DNA from: Paraphysomonas bandaiensis
Lineage: Eukaryota > Protista > Chrysophyceae
DNA length: 64,000 bases
Reading direction: 5' to 3'
NCBI GenBank assembly: GCA_965644295.1
Contig: CBFFRP010000209.1
Coordinates: 1-64,000, forward strand
This document shows, in pieces, positions 1-12,009 of this stretch. Both the position numbers and the translations under genes were made by a program. Position 1 is the first letter of the stretch. Each line of letters begins with the position of its first letter. Below the pieces are notes generated by a model. The model was not told the origin of the DNA, searched no databases, and saw nothing but the letters and a program-made list of their open reading frames with translations.

Positions 1-852
1 GGCGGCGGCATTGTTCAAATCAACGCTAGGAGAACGCGTTTCTGCTATCTTATCGGACGCACTACTGTCTTCTATGTTTAATGGAACAACTTGACCTCTG
101 GACCGAGATACCGAAGTCCCAGTGGCACTAGAAGTATTGGTGTCTTCCCTATTTAAATATTCCACAGCTGAAATCATATCATGACTATTACAGACGCCTG
201 AGTTAGGTTGAACCCCAATTCTAGATTGTTTGCCATGGCTATTGCTTTTCCTACTCGATAAGGAATTTTGATCACTATCACCGGTACCAAGACGTGGCTG
301 CATAGTTGGAACAGGAACAGAAACTGAGTGACTCAAATTATGTTGCTTTTGAGTTCGTTTCTTTCCTTGCCCATGCGTGCTCTTTGGTGAGTCCGTAACT
401 GTTCGGTTATTCATCATTATTCTATTGATATCTGACTCAGGGAGAGAGCGGGCTTTCGAAAAACCATCTTCCGCGGAACGGGTTGCAAATCTGCGTTCAG
501 GGGTCATTTTAGTCAGACGTTTACTCCCCTTACTGCTATCCTCATCGATTGAACTCGTTCTTTCTCTCCATTCGCGCATCGCATCCTCCACATCAGCATC
601 GAAGTCTCTTATTTCCATTGAAGGGTCCCAGTCGGCCTCATCCGGCTCATAGTCATCATCTTTTATCTCTGTGCTCTCCATAAAATTTGAGTTAAGAGGG
701 TTACTCGCATCAAGAGATTTCTCGCTGAAATCCTCGGTCTCCCCTCTGAGCTCTCTGTCGATTGCATCGACGTCGAAGTCAGATAGATCGCTGTCGGAGT
801 TGCTCGACATTCCGTCCCATCTCAAAGAATCATCCAGGCCTATCATACTCTC
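1..852 (-). CDS. Partial gene (runs off window start); acidic/Ser-rich low-complexity protein of unknown function
   Basis: Hand translation shows a stop-free minus-strand frame from a CAG acceptor at 853-855 (or ATG at 846) to position 1: ESMIGLDDSLRWDGMSSNSDSDLSDFDVDAID...SPSVDLNNAAA. Absent from the ORF track because it has no stop in the window. Confidence 0.7.
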
Positions 853-992
853 CTGTGAGGTGTGTAGTTCAGCTATAGTACACCCATCATCATATTAATA
901 TCTTATAATTCTGTAGACGCTGAAAATAAACAGACTTAAAATGTCAAAATAAACTGCCACAACATGATACCAACTGCTTACTTCACACATGT

Positions 993-1423
993 ATACATAC
1001 ATACATACATACATACATACATACATACATACATACATACATACATACATACATACATACATACATACATACATACATACATACATACATACATACATAC
1101 ATACATACATACATACATACATACATACAGTACATACATACATACATACATACATACATACATACATACATACATACATACATACATACATACATGCATA
1201 CATACATACATACATACATACATACATACATACATACATACATACATTCATACATACATAAAGTACATACATACATACATACATACATACATACATACAT
1301 ACATACATACATACATACATACATACATACATACATACATACATACATACATACATACATACATACATACATACATACATACATACATACATACATACAT
1401 ACATACATACATACATACATACA

Positions 1424-1452
<29 letters not shown>
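993..1452. repeat. (TACA)n microsatellite, ~460 bp
   Basis: Direct reading; a few interruptions near 1129, 1195, 1247 and 1260. Confidence 0.99.
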
Positions 1453-1454
<2 letters not shown>

Positions 1455-1850
1455 GTAAAGCCGTGGGCTTTTATAACACCCTTGTCTCATGTTTAATGAT
1501 ATAATATTATGATAATGACACTGACTAATATAACTCCAATACAACTATGATATTCATTTAAGGCATGTAGCTGGTTTAATATAGGAAACGAATGTAGTAA
1601 ATGTTTATTATTATATTATGAGAGAACTGTGAGGAAGAAGAGTACTAGGACTTGCCCTCGAGCACACAATTTCGGTTTTGAGCAATGGATTTCTACTCAC
1701 TGGTATACACCTATATTCATATGGTAGTCGGTGTCGGTGTTATAGCGATTTAAGTAGCTCGTTGGACTCAGCTATACGACTATTTGCTGTTATCACACTC
1801 CATCAATTTTCTCCGGAAGGTGCACAAATTGGAAAGGGGCCTTAGGCATA

Positions 1851-1864
1851 TGGCGAGAGGACGG
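1851..1864 (+). other. Possible primer-binding site after a putative LTR end (CA at 1847-1848)
   Basis: ...AGGCA-TA-TGGCGAGAGGACGG; resembles the complement of a tRNA-Ser(GCU) 3' end (TGGCGACGAGGA..) with one base missing. Confidence 0.3.
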
Positions 1865-2625
1865 TATGGGTGATATATGATACAGATATGAAGGTGTAAC
1901 TTTCGTTGGGAATGTTAATCGAAATCGATATGTGTTAATGCATTTAACGTTTGGAATGAGATTGAGTTTATCATGAAATGAGCTGGCGAATTTTTAGTGA
2001 CTCGAAAACTAGTGTTTTCTGTTTTTTTGGGACTCTATAATTGGTGATTTCTTGCAAGACTCGGGAATTGGTTGTTTTGGGGTCTTTGTAGCTCAGAAAT
2101 CGGAGATTTTACTGTAAGATTCCAAAACCGGTGGTTTTGGGGTTTTCGGTCCCGAAATCGGGGATTTTGGTTTTTTCGGGACCAGTAAACTGGCGGTTTT
2201 CTGTGAGGACGTTTTCTAGGCTTATTTCAGTTCGCATTTTGGGTACAATGGACATGGGACATGAACTGTATTCAGTGTACTGCATGTATGGTCATATTTA
2301 TTGAACGGTGCTGGTTGTTTGCTTGGCATGTGTACTATGGGGGTCTTAGACTAGGAATCTGTCTTCTCACTTTTTTATCTAACTAATCATAGCTAAGTTA
2401 ATTGATCTACCTTTTGGGAGCTTAAGGTTGCGAGATACTTGGGAGCTTGTATATCTGGCTGTGATAAGTTAAATAAGCATTCTGTTTTGTTGTTTCGATA
2501 AACAACCATTTCACATATCTTTTCAGTGATCTTAGGTTGCAAGACCTGAGTTGTTTACAGTAAATTTACTCACGATAAAATCACATAAGTGAAGAATAGT
2601 TTTAAGGAAATAGATTTTTTAAATT

Positions 2626-3774
2626 ATGTCTGATTCGGGCAGTCCCATTGTCTCTTCCGAAATGGATGAAATCAAAGGAATGTTGAGAGTAATCGCTAAT
2701 GAGTTAGGAGAGGTTGCAAAGTTGTGTGCAACGACCGCTGGTAGGGTGGACCACCTTGAGACAAGGGTTGCCATAGGAGAGGGACAGTTTCTGGATGAGC
2801 TGGCAGCGGTTCAGCAGGAGGTCAATGATAGTGTCGGTGCCAGACGAGAGGAGCAGGATGATGAATCTGCTGAAGATCCGAAACAGAAAAAGAAGGAAAG
2901 GCGAACTTCTGTGTTTATTAGGGAAGCGCAAGGCTCGGATGACATAGAGGTTAGGAAACAGGTCGTTATCAATGTTGAAAAACCGCCACATAAGCATATT
3001 TTTCTGGATTCGATGGAGCTCAGCGATTTTACAAAGTTTATCATCCAATGGTTTGAATACGAACAGATCAATGGGATTAAACTTGAGCCAGCCCAGATAG
3101 TTAGCAGGCGTGTTCGGAACCTGCTTATGTTCAACAATAGCTTGACGGATAAAATGTTTGTTAAGCTGAGTGCTCAAAAGTTTTGTGAACTGATGGCTAA
3201 GGAGACCAAGGTGTTGTCTAAAGTGGAGTTCATTGAGACTTTGCGATACGCGCTGAGATATTTTAAGCCACTGGATTGGAAATCAGTGCGGCCGAATACA
3301 CATGAGCTGTTTTTTCAAGAGATTTTGAAGCGAAAGAGTATTTTTATGCGTACGTTTACTATCATGATGGAGGCAAATAGTACTAAGTGTCCGCCGGTTG
3401 GAGGAAAAGAGTTTGGATCGGCTCAAGTATTTTTGGAGTTGATCGACGAGTCTTACAACAAACGAATTCTGGCGGAGATTCCAAGAGTGACGGATACTAA
3501 TTATGGTAATGTTGAAGAGTTTCTGGATACATACGTTTCCAAGGCGAGTGAGCATTATGAGGCGTCCAAGAACATTAGATTGGTGCCTTATGAAGGGTCC
3601 GATTTCAGTAGGAAGCAAATTCAAAGGAGTTCGAGGAATCGGGACAATGGATACGTTGCAAAGGAGAAACCGAAATCTTTAAACAACGTGCAGTTTGCGG
3701 ACCGAGTTGAGGATGATTTCTACAGTGATTTAGATGACAAGGAGGTTGGACCCGATAGTTGTGGTCAAGGATGA
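2626..3774 (+). CDS. Gag-like ORF of the Gypsy element; continues after a frameshift into 3734-4150, which has a CCCH-like Cys cluster
   Basis: 382-aa intronless ORF with N-terminal coiled coil, directly upstream of pol remnants; downstream GCVAY..GNCYKGMECK..GH Cys cluster. Confidence 0.75.
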   Translation: MSDSGSPIVSSEMDEIKGMLRVIANELGEVAKLCATTAGRVDHLETRVAIGEGQFLDELAAVQQEVNDSVGARREEQDDESAEDPKQKKKERRTSVFIREAQGSDDIEVRKQVVINVEKPPHKHIFLDSMELSDFTKFIIQWFEYEQINGIKLEPAQIVSRRVRNLLMFNNSLTDKMFVKLSAQKFCELMAKETKVLSKVEFIETLRYALRYFKPLDWKSVRPNTHELFFQEILKRKSIFMRTFTIMMEANSTKCPPVGGKEFGSAQVFLELIDESYNKRILAEIPRVTDTNYGNVEEFLDTYVSKASEHYEASKNIRLVPYEGSDFSRKQIQRSSRNRDNGYVAKEKPKSLNNVQFADRVEDDFYSDLDDKEVGPDSCGQG

Positions 3775-4149
3775 CGGGATGTCAGATGATGATTTCGAGA
3801 ATGAGGTTGAGGAGATGTTGCTCGGCGAACCAGAGTCTGATAAGGAAGCTATAGAACAGGTGATGAACCTGGAGAAGACTGTTAATCCAACCCGCGGTTG
3901 TGTTGCGTATGTACAGCTGTGGCGGGGGAACTGCTACAAAGGGATGGAGTGTAAAGGCATGTCCAGGGTCATAATGGAGCAGTTGCAACGGGAAACCCGG
4001 AAATGGATGATGAAGAAGCTGTCTAGAGATGATGGTGATGGATTCCAAAGGGCCGCGAGCATTTCGGTTGAGGCCTGTGGAGTGATCTTGACAAATCGTG
4101 CGAGGCTAATGGTCTCGCAGGGATCACGAAGAAATATTGCTACGGTTTG

Positions 4150-6551
4150 ATGATCCTGAGACTGTTAAGTCGAGTTTTTCTCAGAAATTTGATGAATGTC
4201 TGTAACATTGTGAGAACGAAAAGACTTGACATTGGCTCATTCTGGGAAGCATTGTATGTGATGATAATCACATAATATTCGTGCGTGGAATATTGTTCGA
4301 CACTTTTGTTCTGACATCTGCAAACTTCATTCCAAGATTTGTTTGAGACGTTTGGAAATCATGTGTGTGAAAACAAAGTCATAAAAAGAAACAGTTATAG
4401 GATTTTAAGGATAAAACGTCGAGAATAATGTATTTTGTAGTGAAATTAAAATTGAGGTTTGAAAGAGAAGACCTTAAGGGAGAGTTCGTGTTATATGAAG
4501 GGGATTTCTATTGTTGCTGATATGGGTAGCAACGATATTATCATTGGACTTCCAAGCTATCGTTAAGGATCTATGGGATTATTTTCTATTTATGCTTAAA
4601 GGAAGGACTATTGAACGAATTGAATCAGAAGTAAGTCATATCAAAATCGGGCGTGAGGACGATGTTACCGAGAAGATGATTTGTTGTTGGATGCGGCTTA
4701 GTTGAATTATTGGCAGCCGTGGTGTGACAGTAGTAGGGAGGCTGCACCTGAAGAATTGGATGTTCCGGATTACAGTTCGGAGTTCGGAGCGCTGGCAGTT
4801 TTTCTTGGAAAGACAGAGAGGAAGCTTTGAGCGAGTTCGGGTGAGATGTTTGGTGAGCACGTGTCCCCAGAGTTCTCGGCAGCGCGACCGGTGCTGAGTT
4901 ATTGGAGAATTCAAGGGAGTAGAGGTATTTGTTCCAGAGCGGTGGGAAGGTATGTATGAGGATCCGTTGAACATCAAGTTCGCCGAGAATTTGCTCTGTA
5001 GGACTGCCGGGAAGGCAAGACCCGTAAATCCTAGATTATATGAGGATGCGGAGAAGGAGTTCAGAGACTGTGTGGCTACATCTATGTTCCTAGTAGGTCG
5101 CCATGGAGCCTCGCTTGTGATCCCGCGCCAAAAGCCACGAAACCTTTATTAGGTTTGTGGGGATTACGTGCAAATCAACAAGTACATTCGAACGTCCACA
5201 CTATACAGCCTAATGTAAGACATGAGTTGGATCGTGTTGTTGGCTATAAGATATTTATGTGGACATTGACACCACCCCGAATGCGTTCCATCAGATCAGG
5301 CTACGAGAACACATCTGAAAAATTGTCAGTTCAAACACCGGGGCCAATTTCAGCCTTTATTCCTTCCGGAGGGAGTGTCTCCAGGATTAGTGTTGCAAAA
5401 GGTAGTCAAATTGTTTGGAGATCTGGAATGGGCGCTGTGTATATTTGATAATGTTCTGTTATTGGCACATGATTTTGATGATGCGTATAAGAAGCTGGAG
5501 ATTTTCCTGGATAGATGCATTGAACATGGAGTTGTGTTGAAATTTGCAAAGACCTGGTTGAGGATTCAGGAGATCAAGTTTTTGGCTATTTGGTAAGGCA
5601 CAATAGTTTCGAGCTCACGGACGATGAGGAAAGAGGCTTTATTGAAGATTCCTTTTCCAGAGAATGGAAATAGATGTAAGAAGATGAGATCTTTGTTGGG
5701 AAGTGGGAGTATTCTTTGCTCCATTTGTTCAGAATTACTCAGATTTGAAGATAATGATCTTACGGATATGACTAAGAGTAGTTTTAATTGGGAAGAAACG
5801 ACATGGCAGCACGATTATAGGCAGGAGTTTGGAAACATATAAGAGTGGTTTGCAACAGTCTTGTGCTTTGTTTTATCCGAATTATGATCTTGAGTGGACA
5901 CTTAGGACAGATGCTAGTGACTATGGAGTGGCAGGCATTCTTTTCCAGACTGTTGAGGGAACTGGGTCTAGTCCGATTCAACAGCAAACTATTGCTATCT
6001 GTTCCAAGAAATTGTCAGAGCAAGCCTTGAAGTGGTGTACTATTGAGAAGGAGGGTTTTGGTATATTCTATTCAGTCAAGAAATTTTCGTTTTATCTGAG
6101 AGGAAAGAAATTTACAATCGAGACGGACCACAACAACCTTGTGTGGATGGAGGCATCAGAAGTTGCGAAGATAATTCGATGGAGAATTTATTTGCAGGAT
6201 TTTGACTTTTTGATTCGTCATATCCCAGGGAAGAACAATGTGGTTGCGGATTGCTTGTCAAGATTGCTGTATTTGTCCGGATTTGTGGACGAAAGTGACG
6301 ATTTCGACTCAGATGAAGTGAACTTCGTGACACTGCATAACATCTTTGAAAAAGACGATTTTGAGGACGACGTTCAAGAGATCGCGCCGCCTACGGAGGT
6401 ACAGAGGATAGATTATTATCAGGCTATCAAAGAGGTTCACAACGCGCAAGCAGGACACTGGGGTGCGAAAGAGACGTGGAAACGTCTGTGTAGGCAATTT
6501 CCGGGACACGGCGTGCCTTTCAAGGTGGTTGCAGACTTCGTGGACGAATGT
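4150..6551 (+). pseudogene. Disrupted pol (protease-RT-RNase H-partial integrase)
   Basis: Fragments in several frames at 4511, 4952, 5155, 5375, 5624 and 5829; RNase H block intact in ORF 5829-6677. Confidence 0.85.
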
Positions 6552-6892
6552 ATCAACTCAATTGCACAATATATATCACATCATATTGCAGAACTCAACA
6601 CTTCAGTCTTTACTACTTCTGTTACATGTTACAACTCTACAGATTTAAATATTGAAGAAAAAAGACTGTGCTTGTAGACTGAAAATCTAGTATATGCAAG
6701 AGCTCTCATTACGCACTGCTACAAATTAAATTGTTCTCTGTAATTGATCAAATAGTAATGACTAACAAATGAGTGTCAATTGCGGTTGACAGGTGTTGCC
6801 TGACTTGCCGTTTTCGTTAATTAATATATGTTAATACGTATCACTAATAACATATGCGTAGATAGGTGTGATCACGGAAATAAATTCTCGCA

Positions 6893-9800
6893 TTAGAAGT
6901 TTAACAATACGTATTCTCTCCACGCATTCAATCCCTCGATCCACCTGCACAACACCAAGTCACAAAAAATAACTTAGGGAATGGTACTATGTGCTTCTAA
7001 CCTGTCTCCATCCGCAGTAGAAGGGGCACGCAACTTGTAAACCCGGTCTCCCATGTTGATGTTGAACCTGGCCGCGTCAGTTTTAGTGTCCTATGTATAT
7101 TCACACAAATATATCGTCAGTTTAGATAAGTTAATCCAAACACACTCTACTTACCTTCTCTGCTGCCCCAACATCAACGATAAGTTTCAAATCAATAGAT
7201 CCTGAGGGCGTTTCAGTGGTCCTGGGCATTATGTTAGTTTAACAATACAGTACAGGCAAAAACTTTAGAGAACATACTTCTCAGACTTAAAGTATAGTAG
7301 GCACCCCGAAGATTCGTCCACGCGAAAGTACCTAGCCCAAACAGTTAATCCTAATTTGCAAGCCCATATAAGTTACTCACCGTCTTTGCCACTGCGCGAC
7401 CCCCATCTTGTTTTGTTTTTTCTCCATCCACCCTACACCCGCAATAAGTGTGGACAGACATACCAGTACAATTTACCTTGAAGTAATGCAGGTTTGTCAG
7501 TTAGGGTATCCATTCCAATGCTTGTGTGCCCTTCAGTGGCCGCTGGTGTGTATGAAGGTGCAGCAGCGGGAGTATTGTCAGTCGATGAGCGAGAATACGA
7601 AAACGGAGACATTTTCGACTTGGATGTCAGCCCAACAGTTTCCTCGGTTTCGTGTTCCTCCACCTGTCAGATATATGTAAGATAAACTGGATAAGAGTAG
7701 TCCTCAGTTTACATTGATGTCATTCAGCTGAGCAGATGTACGCGATCCCACGTAATTCGGTTCCTCCTCAGCTTCGCCCGTGTCTCCATCCACAACCCCA
7801 ACAGATGGAAAAAAAGTTCCATAATCAATGGCGTAATCCTTCCACTGGGCAAGACCATCACGCCACTTGTTGGCATCATCAACAGTCTTGAATCTACACG
7901 AGGTAACAATAAGTACAAACAGTGCACCACAATACAAACTATTTATTGAAGCCAACCTAAGCTTTAGGACCCTGTCCGCGAGATCAAGATCAAGTCGCCC
8001 AGCTTCCGTTAGCTTCTTATCGTCACTGGTGTCTTTAACTGTAAAAGACATAACTAGCCTCAGATCAACCTGACCACTTGGCTCCTGCATAAAAATAACT
8101 CAGGAACGGAAAGCTGTGTCTGGCGTGGGCACACATACCTGACTAGTATTTTCGTCTTTATAGTAAAACAGTATTCCTGGCTTCCGCACAATCATATATC
8201 TATAATGCGCATTAAAGCAACCTTGTAGATTAACCAACACCACACCTGTTCTGCCAACCACCACCAGCAACTCCAAACTTTTTGTTTCCTTTTTTCGCTG
8301 CCCACGTGGCCAACTCTGTTATCATACATTAGTCTCAAGATAGTACTGCAAATCTTCATGATAGGACCTGGTGGCTCAGAAGAAACCGGCACTTTCCCAG
8401 CTTCTTCATCACCCCCATCATTCAAAGATCTGGCCACAGCCTCCTCCTCATCTGTATCAAAGTAAGGTAAATTCCGCTCTACCACAAGAGTAACCCACCT
8501 GTCCTCTGCGAAAGACCAATCTTCCCCAGAACAGAAGTAACTGGGGAGAAAGTTGTTGTTGCGCCGTCAATTTTACCACGCAATGCCTTGCGTTGGTACG
8601 CTCTTTCCTATATTACCATACCATCAAAGAATTATCACTATGGTTGTGGGATATCATACCATTGTTCGCTTATGACGTGTAAGTTGTCGTGTGCCCTCGC
8701 GAAGTTGCTCGTCAGTAAGAATTTCTGCGCAAGTCGTACATGAATATCACATATTAATCCCGATATTTCTTCATATTTACCTGCCCCAAATTGAAATTTC
8801 TCAAGCTTCATCTTCACCAGAACGATATTGAATAGATTGAGCACGACCAGTCCAGACACACTGAAGACGATTATCGGGAAAAGAGTATTGAAACTTCCTC
8901 CCATGACAGGAATCACATCGATCTGGTAAAATTTGGTGAAAGCAGTAAGGATTCTGTTGTCATCTCCATCTCCTGCTTCTCCTCCTTCAGCTCCATTCAT
9001 CCATGATCCCTGTCTAACACCGTTCTCAAATATCCATCCCAAGTAAAAGAATGCAAGAGGGGCAGAGAGGCGGATACACGCACGCGAATTGACTGAGAGA
9101 GAGTTGGCAGTTGTCCGTTGCGCAGGAAGTAGTTCCATCATATTAGCGATCTTCATCTGGAAGACTGACCATACGATCACAAACGCAGCGTACCCAAGAG
9201 TAAACAGCACAAATACCACTATCCCACCCCCGGACGTATCGTCAGCATGAACAGCTTTCGAGTACACCGACACACTCTGTCCCACCCCACTCATTGTCCC
9301 TATGATACCGAGATAGGAAAAAACAGAAAGCACTGCCGAGACTATTGCAAGGACCCTGTACATGAGGGGCTTATAAAAAACATGCCACTTGTAGCCCGCT
9401 GTAGAGGACTCCGGAGCAAATGACCACTTTATAGTTTCCGTTCCTCCCGATTTTGATTTTCCCATTGCTTCGATGATATCTTCGTAGTAGTATGCATTCT
9501 TCTTGGCCTCCTCTACTTTACCTTGGCTCATGTGAAATGAGTTCTTCAGTGTAAAAACACGAGACCGGAGGGCAGCGAGGGAATTAATTGTTATTTTCCC
9601 GGTTTTTTTGTCCACTGCCGGCTTCCCCATAGTGGAGGATGTGAACTCTGTTGGGCACTCTACAACAAACATTGATCCGATACAGATATTTATCTAAGAT
9701 AAGCTCAAATACCTTTAATCAAGATCTCCATAGCATGTGCCAACTGAGGCTGATTGTTGTATGACGGTGATGAAAGCTGTATATACTTCATAAGTACAAA

Positions 9801-10650
9801 ACGGGGCTCCACACTGAGCTCACCTCCTGTTTGGTCTTCATCACATCAGCCACAGCCATAGACATACTGAGAGATGTCTCCCCCAGGTCCTTGAATCGGG
9901 ACGCTGCCTTCTGCTGCGCTATATTCAGCTGTCGCTTCAAATTTCCTTTGTGCCAGAGCATCTGTGGAAAGGAAACCAGCCCGTAACCCAACAAAAGCAT
10001 GATTATGATAAGACCAGCGGTGTTGCTGAGCAAAACGACAGTAAGCAGCACTGCGTCCGCACTAGCGTCTACAACACCCTCGCCTACGAGTATACCGAAA
10101 AATATGGCCCCCGCTACACCTCCGGCGATACTCATAACAGCTATGTTTTCAATTGCACCATACATCCGCGAAAAGAAAGTAAAATGTCCTATAACAAATA
10201 GAGATATATGGTTAGTATAAAACCAGAGGGGTCTAAACATATCTCACCATCCCTCACATAAGCTTCCTGAAGCACAAGAACAAAGCTACCCAATACTTGT
10301 GCTGGAACAAAGAGAGATATATACATTGCTACAAGTGTATCAGCTTTCTCATCATGATCTTCTTCATCTGATAGTGATCGACGACTGATAATAGTCATAG
10401 AGACATCCAATGGAATGATTAAAAGGATTCCAAGTGCAGTAAAATACGACACAAAAATTGTTGGATACTGTATGATTAATATAATAAATAGATTAGATTA
10501 GTGGAGTGTATGTATGTATGGATGGATAGTTACCGAGTGCCAGGGAAAACCTTCAGGTTTAGCGAATTTCCTTATCATCCATATGAGAAACACTACCAGG
10601 AAGACCCAGAGGACGGTCAGGTATCCGGGGAAGCTTACGTGGTCTCCCAT
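6893..10650 (-). CDS. LMBR1/LMBRD2-like multi-pass membrane protein with two C-terminal PH domains (multi-exon)
   Basis: ATG 10650 (MGDHVSFPGYLTVLWVFLV..). LMBR1 motifs: ILLIIPLDVS, LLGYGLVSFP..LW, SLSVNSRACIRLSAPLAFFYL, FNTLFP. PH1: ILFYYKD..PSGQVDLRLV..ANKWRDGL. PH2: GWMEKK..WQRRYF..PSGSIDL..RWIEGLNAW. TAA at 6893-6895. Confidence 0.88.
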
Positions 10651-10724
10651 TTGTTATATATGATTGGATTTGTATGGGAAAGTGCTGCTTAGTGACTGAT
10701 TTGCAACCCAAATATGATAGATAC

Positions 10725-11098
10725 ACATACATACATACATACATACATACATACATACATACATACATACATACATACATACATACATACATACATACAT
10801 ACATACATACATACATACATACATACATACATACATACATACATACATACATACATACATACATACATACATACATACATACATACATACATACATACAT
10901 ACATACATACATACATACATACATACATACATACTACATACATACATACATACATACATACATACATACATACATACATACATACATACATACATACATA
11001 CATACATACATACATACATACATACATACATACATACATACATACATACATACATACATACATACATACATACATACATACATACATACATACATACA
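10725..11098. repeat. (TACA)n microsatellite, ~370 bp
   Basis: Direct reading; one interruption near 10935. Confidence 0.99.
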
Positions 11099-11229
11099 CC
11101 TACGGCGTACTATCGTACTGCATATACATGTACCTGCAACACGTCTCCGTATCTTATCTCTGCCTCCACCAACTCTGAACAACAGTGTCGAGGCATGAAG
11201 TAAATTTCTTCTGGATCGTCAGTTTCTCT

Positions 11230-11379
11230 TCAACCCCTCCATAGAAGTGATGCGTGTTGCTGTAGTCCAACATCTGATGGGGACAATGTCTCCGCCATAA
11301 TACCAGAGCCAACTACAACTATAATAATAAGTATCACTGTTCCGAGAGCCTCAGCTGAGAGTTTTCTGATGATGTCCAT
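11230..11379 (-). pseudogene. N-terminal fragment of a MIP/aquaporin-family channel
   Basis: Hand translation MDIIRKLSAEALGTVILIIIVVVGSGIMAETLSPSDVGLQQHASLLWRG*; AExxGT and VVGSGIMAE match MIP helix 1; no NPA motif follows. Confidence 0.7.
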
Positions 11380-12009
11380 CAGATTGGATTCAGGGACAGC
11401 AGTGGACACAGGGACAGGAGTTCATGTATGTATGTGATGGTGACTGTTAATAGAGCTACAGACCCCCTCACATACATACCCATCCCATACCACCCTACAA
11501 GACATACATAGTACACATACATACCCCTTGATACACTGGCAGTATTAATTGCAATGCCATTAATTCGATGAATACTTCTCACCAATAAATTTGGCAAGTA
11601 ATTGATGCGCATGCCTGAGTCGCAGGCATTCCAAATTATATACTATGATGAAATTTTTAATTACTGCTGAATTATTTAGGGGTTACACCATAGAAGCTCA
11701 CCTTTCAAAGTTACACACTTACTTGTCCTACTTTTATTCACTGACTCTCCACACCTTTACACTATGCTTCGGAATAAATGCGGAAATACCAGTACGAATT
11801 TTATTTATAGAAGTAATTCATTTGACAACCGTATAAGTACAATATCAATACGCAGGATCACTACATGATTATAATACTGCTCTTAAGCTTATAATAATTA
11901 AATTATCATAACTGAACTAAATGTGCAATATCTATGCTAGTCCTTCACAAACACAAGACAATAGTTTAATGGGGAAGAGCTGAACCTTCAAAACTATATG
12001 TACATTCGA

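Larger units (their letters stand above)
1628..6551 (+). mobile_element. Ty3/Gypsy LTR retrotransposon, frameshifted and 3'-truncated within the integrase zinc-binding domain; no 3' LTR
   Basis: Domain order is gag, protease (ILFDT ~4290-4304), RT (ARPVNPRLY, CIFDNVLL), RNase H (LRTDASDYG, TDHNNL, HIPGKNNVVADCLSR), then integrase N-terminus (H..AGHWG...C). Left boundary is a guess. Confidence 0.9.

Noticed and set aside
895-1544. ORFs of MYVC/YIHT repeats (also 10559-11198)
   Set aside because: Translations of the (TACA)n microsatellite, which has no stop codons in any frame
11228-11232. In-frame TGA after the aquaporin fragment as selenocysteine or readthrough
   Set aside because: Downstream frame has no MIP similarity and no SECIS was recognised
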